Below are positions 16,353-20,000 of a DNA stretch of 20,000 nucleotides, in pieces. The stretch is from Candidatus Eiseniibacteriota bacterium (GTDB lineage Bacteria; Orphanbacterota; Orphanbacteria; Orphanbacterales; Orphanbacteraceae): the NCBI GenBank assembly GCA_043809585.1, contig JBDROZ010000022.1, forward strand, positions 50,594 to 70,593, in the 5' to 3' direction. Below the pieces are notes generated by a model that worked only from the letters and a program-made list of their open reading frames with translations, was not told the DNA's origin and did not search any database. Both the position numbers and the translations under genes were made by a program. Positions within the stretch are counted from its first letter, which is position 1, and each line of letters begins with the position of its first letter.

Positions 16353-16766
16353 TCAGAGCTCCTTGAACATCAGGAACTGAACGCGGCCCTCGGGAAAGCC
16401 ATTGGTCTCACTGATCACCTTGTAGCCGTGGGATGCGTAGAACCGGGGGGCCTGGAAATCGAACGTATGGAGCTTGGCGAATCGGCACCCCCGATCCTGG
16501 GCGATCCTTTCGCAGGTTTGGAGCAGCGCCGTACCGTGACCCTGCCCTCTCAAGGAGTCCGATACCCAGAGAACATGGATGTGGAGCCATCCCCAGTGCA
16601 CGGACCCGATGAGACCTCCGTGGATTTCACCGGATTCACCCCGGAGGGCCAGCCCGATTTCGCTGAAGTTCACCGGTTCGGTGAAACGGGCGTTGTATTC
16701 GTCCAGCCCGTCACGGACGAGCTTCGACTCCTCCTCGTTCAGGTCGGGAACGACGCGATACTCCAT
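16353..16766 (-). CDS. GNAT family N-acetyltransferase (cassette-like gene)
   Basis: ATG 16766 after ACAGGAG; 'GGLIGSVHWGWLHIHVLWVSDSLRGQGHGTALL', 'LHTFDFQAPRFYASHGY'. Confidence 0.9.
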   Translation of the reverse strand: MEYRVVPDLNEEESKLVRDGLDEYNARFTEPVNFSEIGLALRGESGEIHGGLIGSVHWGWLHIHVLWVSDSLRGQGHGTALLQTCERIAQDRGCRFAKLHTFDFQAPRFYASHGYKVISETNGFPEGRVQFLMFKEL

Positions 16767-16804
16767 GGGACTCCTGTCGTCCTGCCGATGCGCGGCGGCC
16801 GGCG

Positions 16805-17242
16805 TTACGGTCCGTCCTGTTTCGTGCACACGATCTCGTACTTGATCCCCTCCGGGTCCTTGAAGAAGAGGGCGTAGTAGCCGGGCGGGGTGTACTCCGG
16901 GTATTCACGTGGCGGGCTCACGATCGTGGCCCCGATCGCCTTCACCTGTTCATGCAGCCGATCGACTTCGGCGCGGGACTCCGCCTTGAAGGCCAGATGA
17001 TGGAGCGCCCCCGGCTTCCGGCGATGGACCGTGTCGTTCGCGAAGGCGCTTCTCGGCGACGTGATGGCGAACGCCAAGAGGGGATGGGTGTACTCGACGA
17101 CGTGAAACTCGTGCTCCTCGATGAAAGCCTCGCGCTTCCGATCGGGAGCGAAGCCCAGAAGCGGCATGAGCCTGTCGTAGAAGGGCACAGCCACGCTCAT
17201 GTCCTTCACGGTGATCTGGATATGGTCGATGATCGGTTGCAT
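16805..17242 (-). CDS. VOC/glyoxalase family protein (cassette-like gene)
   Basis: 'IDHIQITVKD..FYD..LGF', 'GALHHLAFKAESRAEVD', 'YYALFFKDPEGIKYEIV'. Confidence 0.9.
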   Translation of the reverse strand: MQPIIDHIQITVKDMSVAVPFYDRLMPLLGFAPDRKREAFIEEHEFHVVEYTHPLLAFAITSPRSAFANDTVHRRKPGALHHLAFKAESRAEVDRLHEQVKAIGATIVSPPREYPEYTPPGYYALFFKDPEGIKYEIVCTKQDGP

Positions 17243-17481
17243 GAGTCTCTCTCACTCCGGACCGGATTGAATTCCCATGACGGCGCGACCAAATTCCATC
17301 GGCTCGATATCGACGAAATTCGGGGACATGATCATGAGCTACAAGCCCACCAAAAGGGTGCCTTCCTTGCCATCGCGACATGGCCGCTGACGGCCTCTCA
17401 TGTTCGGAATCGATGACCGGTATTGTGTCCTTGAGTATCCATGCTGTCGTCAGATCTGGCACGTCCCGGGCCGGCACCCGC

Positions 17482-17826
17482 CTACAGCTGCCAGAGGCCG
17501 TGATGGACGCCGCCCTGGATATAGATGGCGAATGTGCCGTGTCCCGGGATCTCCATGGGCGGGTGGGCGACCTCGCCGCCGGCTTTCACCGCCGCGGCGA
17601 CGGCCGTCTCGATGTCGTCCACCAGCCAGTAGGGCCGCACCACGGGCTCCTCCGACTCGTGCATGGGCGCCCGCACGCCCACGAGCCCGCCTCCCGGCAG
17701 CGCGGCGGTCCGTGCGTTGCCGAGGCCGGCGTCCGGCCCGCCGAACTTCGCCCCGTTCGCCGCGGCGTACCCGGCGCACACCGCGTCGACCTCCTTGGTC
17801 ACGATTTCGAGATAGTGGATCCGCAT
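17482..17826 (-). CDS. VOC/glyoxalase-like protein (cassette-like gene)
   Basis: ATG 17826 after GGAGGTGA; 'IHYLEIVT', 'RPYWLVDDIETAV..GGEVAHPPMEIPGHGTFA..GLWQ'. Confidence 0.85.
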   Translation of the reverse strand: MRIHYLEIVTKEVDAVCAGYAAANGAKFGGPDAGLGNARTAALPGGGLVGVRAPMHESEEPVVRPYWLVDDIETAVAAAVKAGGEVAHPPMEIPGHGTFAIYIQGGVHHGLWQL

Positions 17827-17866
17827 CGCTCTTTCACCTCCGGGGTGTCGTTGGCGTTCGCGTTCG

Positions 17867-17927
17867 GCCCGACGTTTCGGCTCGGGGGGGGGTGCCGCTG
17901 ACCGTCCGCTTCGACCGGTCATTCGAC
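17867..17927 (-). other. Degenerate integron attC site (61 bp)
   Basis: Minus strand GTCGAAT (R''-like, overlaps the GNAT stop) GACCGGTCGAAGCGGACGGT..ACC-C run-GAGCCGAAAC GTCGGGC (R'-like); each core box is one substitution from consensus; sits exactly between two co-oriented genes. Confidence 0.5.
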
Positions 17928-18455
17928 GGCGCCGCGTAGTTCTGCCACCATGTATTTGCACGGTCCATATTCCGGATCCTCGAAGTCACTGAACAGGCGA
18001 AGCCCGGCCTTCTCGAACGCTCTGATCGCTACACGATTCGAGGTCGCTGTCCCTACCCCGGCGAATCCCACCCCCTCGCCGTGCAGTTTCGCGAGTAACA
18101 GGACCAGTGCTCTCGGACCTACCCCGCGACCCAGGAACTCCGGCTCACCGATCAGAATGTCGATGTCCACCAGATCCCGAGGAAGGTCCGTGAGTCCTGC
18201 AGCCTCGAGTTCCGATGCCGAAGGCGCTTGCCAGCACAGGTAGCCGACCGGCCTGCCGTCGGCTGTGATCAATGCGTGAGTGCTCCTCGACCGCCGAGGC
18301 AGCGCGGTCAAGTGCAGGTCCGGATTCCCCCACCATCGGACGACGTGCGGACTCCTCAGCCAACGCTCGAGAAGCGGCAGGTCCGCCTGCGGATCAAACG
18401 CCCTGAGGCCGACGTCGCCTCCCCGCGCCACCTTGTTCGTTGTTTCCGGTGTCAT
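17919..18455 (-). CDS. GNAT family N-acetyltransferase (AAC(6')-Ib/Acetyltransf_8-like fold; substrate unknown)
   Basis: 'DLPLLERWLRSPHVVRWWG', 'GRPVGYL', 'DIDILIGEPEFLGRGVG', 'NRVAIRAFEKAG'. Confidence 0.85.
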   Translation of the reverse strand: MTPETTNKVARGGDVGLRAFDPQADLPLLERWLRSPHVVRWWGNPDLHLTALPRRSRSTHALITADGRPVGYLCWQAPSASELEAAGLTDLPRDLVDIDILIGEPEFLGRGVGPRALVLLLAKLHGEGVGFAGVGTATSNRVAIRAFEKAGLRLFSDFEDPEYGPCKYMVAELRGAVE

Positions 18456-18706
18456 TTTACCCGCCCCTCAGACTCGCTCCCCCGCATCAGGCCGCTTTCG
18501 CGATCGGAGATCCCGTAAAGCACGCCTCCTGCCTCGAATGGGTGAAGGTGGCCATCCGTCCGGCCCATGACCGCCCGCAACGAATCGTGAAGCCGCTTCA
18601 ATATGATGCCACAGGTTACGAGAAAGCCCCGCCGGATCGGCGGCTTGGATCCTCGCGATGTCACCTTGAGCCTGCAGATCGCCCCCCCGGTTTCTCGAAT
18701 CCTCAC
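18452..18706 (-). pseudogene. Truncated, decayed pRiA4b ORF-3-like gene (N-terminal ~84 codons)
   Basis: 'ICRLKVTSRGSKPPIRRGFLV..LKRLHDSLRAVMGRTDGHLHPF' aligns by eye with the recalled family pattern 'IYQLKVTLxGSKPPIWRRxLV..LxxLHxxxQxxMGWxDxHLHxF', with both Trp lost; GAGGAGG SD directly after the attC R' box. Confidence 0.7.
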
Positions 18707-18721
18707 CCGGCCTCCTCGTGC

Positions 18722-18814
18722 GCATAACGGATCGAGGCTCGCCCGCGCCGGCCGCTTCTTTCTTCAAATCAATCAAATGCTGTGGCCGCCGTCTGGTGCA
18801 GCCACTTGTCATGC
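18722..18814 (-). other. Integron attC site (93 bp), best preserved of the array
   Basis: Minus strand GCATGAC (R'', one change from GCATAAC) AAGTGGCTGCACCAGACGGCGGCCAC..loop..GCGGCCGGCGCGGGCGAGCCTCGATCC GTTATGC (R'); imperfect hairpin with bulged bases; starts 4 nt after the grpB-like stop. Confidence 0.75.
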
Positions 18815-18818
18815 GGCA

Positions 18819-19424
18819 CTACGACAGCGTCGAACCTTGTGCCCGCATGAGGATCTCCTGGATCATCTCTGATTTCGCGTCCGCATAGTTCTGAACATCC
18901 TTCCAGGTTCGCGCCGCAAGTTCACGCTTGGTCTTCTCGTACAGCAGTCGATCGGGCTCATGAACGCGGAGCCAGTCGCGGAATGTCAACATCCGCTCGA
19001 TTTCGTCACATCCGCCGGAGAAGACGTGGAGGTTGCCCTCAATGTCAGGGGCCTTCAACAGGCGGTGATCAAACCAGTCGGGTTCGCGAATCCTGAGCAC
19101 GAAGCCTTGTGCTTCCAGTTGCGGAACATAGGATGGCTCGTCCGCAGAATTCGAAACCGCCAGGACCATATCGATCACTGGTTTCGCTGACAACCCCGGC
19201 ACTGATGTGGAACCGACGTGCTCGAGCAGTATGACCTTACCGGAGAGCGCACTTCGAATTCGGTTGGCTTGCAGCGAAAACTGGGTCGGCCAGCCCGGAT
19301 CGTACGGAACGAGTTCGACAGGGCCGTTGTGCGGCTTTCGCGCGCCGATAGTCACCGCGCGAAGATATTCGTCGGTCGTTGCGGGCTTGCCCAGAGATCC
19401 TGGCGTATTGTCAGAAGCCTTCAT
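18819..19424 (-). CDS. GrpB family (UPF0157) nucleotidyltransferase-fold protein (cassette-like gene)
   Basis: ATG 19424 after GAGAGG; 'VPYDPGWP..F', 'EHVGSTSVPGLSAKPVIDM', 'NLHVF', 'FRDWLR', 'YEKTKRELA', 'YADAKS'. Confidence 0.92.
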   Translation of the reverse strand: MKASDNTPGSLGKPATTDEYLRAVTIGARKPHNGPVELVPYDPGWPTQFSLQANRIRSALSGKVILLEHVGSTSVPGLSAKPVIDMVLAVSNSADEPSYVPQLEAQGFVLRIREPDWFDHRLLKAPDIEGNLHVFSGGCDEIERMLTFRDWLRVHEPDRLLYEKTKRELAARTWKDVQNYADAKSEMIQEILMRAQGSTLS

Positions 19425-19435
19425 CTTAGGAACCT

Positions 19436-19499
19436 CTCGAACGCTCGGCACCGGCGGCAGGGCGGGGAAAAGGGCCGACCTGGCAGCTGCATGTTCACT
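19436..19499 (-). other. Degenerate integron attC site (64 bp)
   Basis: Minus strand AGTGAAC (contains the upstream TGA) ATGCAGCTGCCAGGTCGGC..GCCGCCGGTGCCGAGC GTTCGAG; GAAC/GTTC ends and GG-T-CGGC/GCCG-CC stem; the next gene's SD and ATG follow within 12 nt. Confidence 0.5.
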
Positions 19500-19878
19500 G
19501 GGGATCACCCTGCTTGCTCAGCGTCCGCGCGTGGCTCAGTGTTGTATCTACCCATGCTCGATAGTCCGAGCGGTATTGGTCTCGGAAGCTCTCCCACACC
19601 TCGACGAAGTCGGGAAGGTCCGCACACCAGAGCAGGTAGCGTGTTTCAGCTCCAAAACCGTCATTATCGATCAAACCGACCTGTCGCAATGCATGTATGC
19701 GATAGAAATAGTGAAGCCTCATGAGGTGCAGGCGCTTGTGTCCAGGGTAGTCACCCGCAGCGTCGCTGTCCATAAGAGCAGCCTGGTTTATGCCTACCAG
19801 TAGGTCGCTGGCGCTGTTTCGCAGCGCGATCTCGTTATTCAGGGAAGCTGTCTCCAATGCGTTGGTCGCTTGCCCTAG
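19495..19878 (-). pseudogene. Hypothetical cassette gene, 5' end apparently cut off by the MITE-like insertion
   Basis: Frame stays open upstream of the TTG at 19857 (L-G-Q-A-T-N-A-L-E-T..) up to the CTAG at 19875-19878 and stops only inside the element; no SD before the TTG; low GC (30/60 in 19681-19740). Confidence 0.5.
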
Positions 19879-20000
19879 CCTGGATTATGCACAAATCTCC
19901 TACTGCGATCTCGGATCGCCGCCTGCGAAGCCTCCTTTCCGTCGCCGCCTCCTCGACGTAGTGCATGACTACGCCTCCGGTGGCGGCTCGTCCAAGTCGG
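19876..20000. mobile_element. MITE-like palindromic element, copy 2 (runs off the window)
   Basis: 19876-19954 matches 15615-15693 at 77/79; 19965-19994 equals 15770-15799 (30/30); central hairpin GACGTAGT-GCATG-ACTACGCC; begins at CTAG. Confidence 0.85.

Noticed and set aside
15626-16366. Small ORFs 15626-15835, 15859-16059, 15902-16168, 16004-16366 as genes or a transposase
   Set aside because: They lie in repeat or palindromic DNA, have no SD and show no recognisable motifs.
17243-17481. attC site between the two VOC genes
   Set aside because: A TCCGAAC box exists on the minus strand (17408-17402), but no matching R' box or stem could be found.
17919-18455. Naming the GNAT as a specific aac(6') resistance gene
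   Set aside because: Only fold-level resemblance; the substrate cannot be assigned from motifs.

Overview
GC-rich bacterial window with two parts. 1-15617 is mostly chromosomal backbone: a partial GT4 glycosyltransferase; a minus-strand pair of secreted proteins (a Gly-rich fibre-like protein with a phage appendage-type C-terminal chaperone domain, and a HExxH metalloprotease); a GT-C (family 39-like) glycosyltransferase coupled to an ArfB-like GGQ ribosome-rescue factor; AmrB (MEMO1 family); an archaeal-type DNA topoisomerase VI operon (top6B-top6A) with its own sigma70-like promoter; a lipoprotein; a stand-alone SufS-like desulfurase; a secreted TPR/DUF2723-like protein; and an ECF sigma/zinc anti-sigma pair. 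15615-20000 is an accessory region of lower GC. It holds short, unrelated, co-oriented minus-strand genes (2 GNAT, 2 VOC, a decayed pRiA4b ORF-3-like gene, GrpB, a truncated hypothetical). Several of them are followed by recognisable but eroded attC sites, which points to an integron cassette array with no integrase in the window. Two direct copies of a small palindromic MITE-like element bracket the array, and the second appears to interrupt a cassette gene. All calls come from reading the sequence and recalling family motifs; no searches were run.
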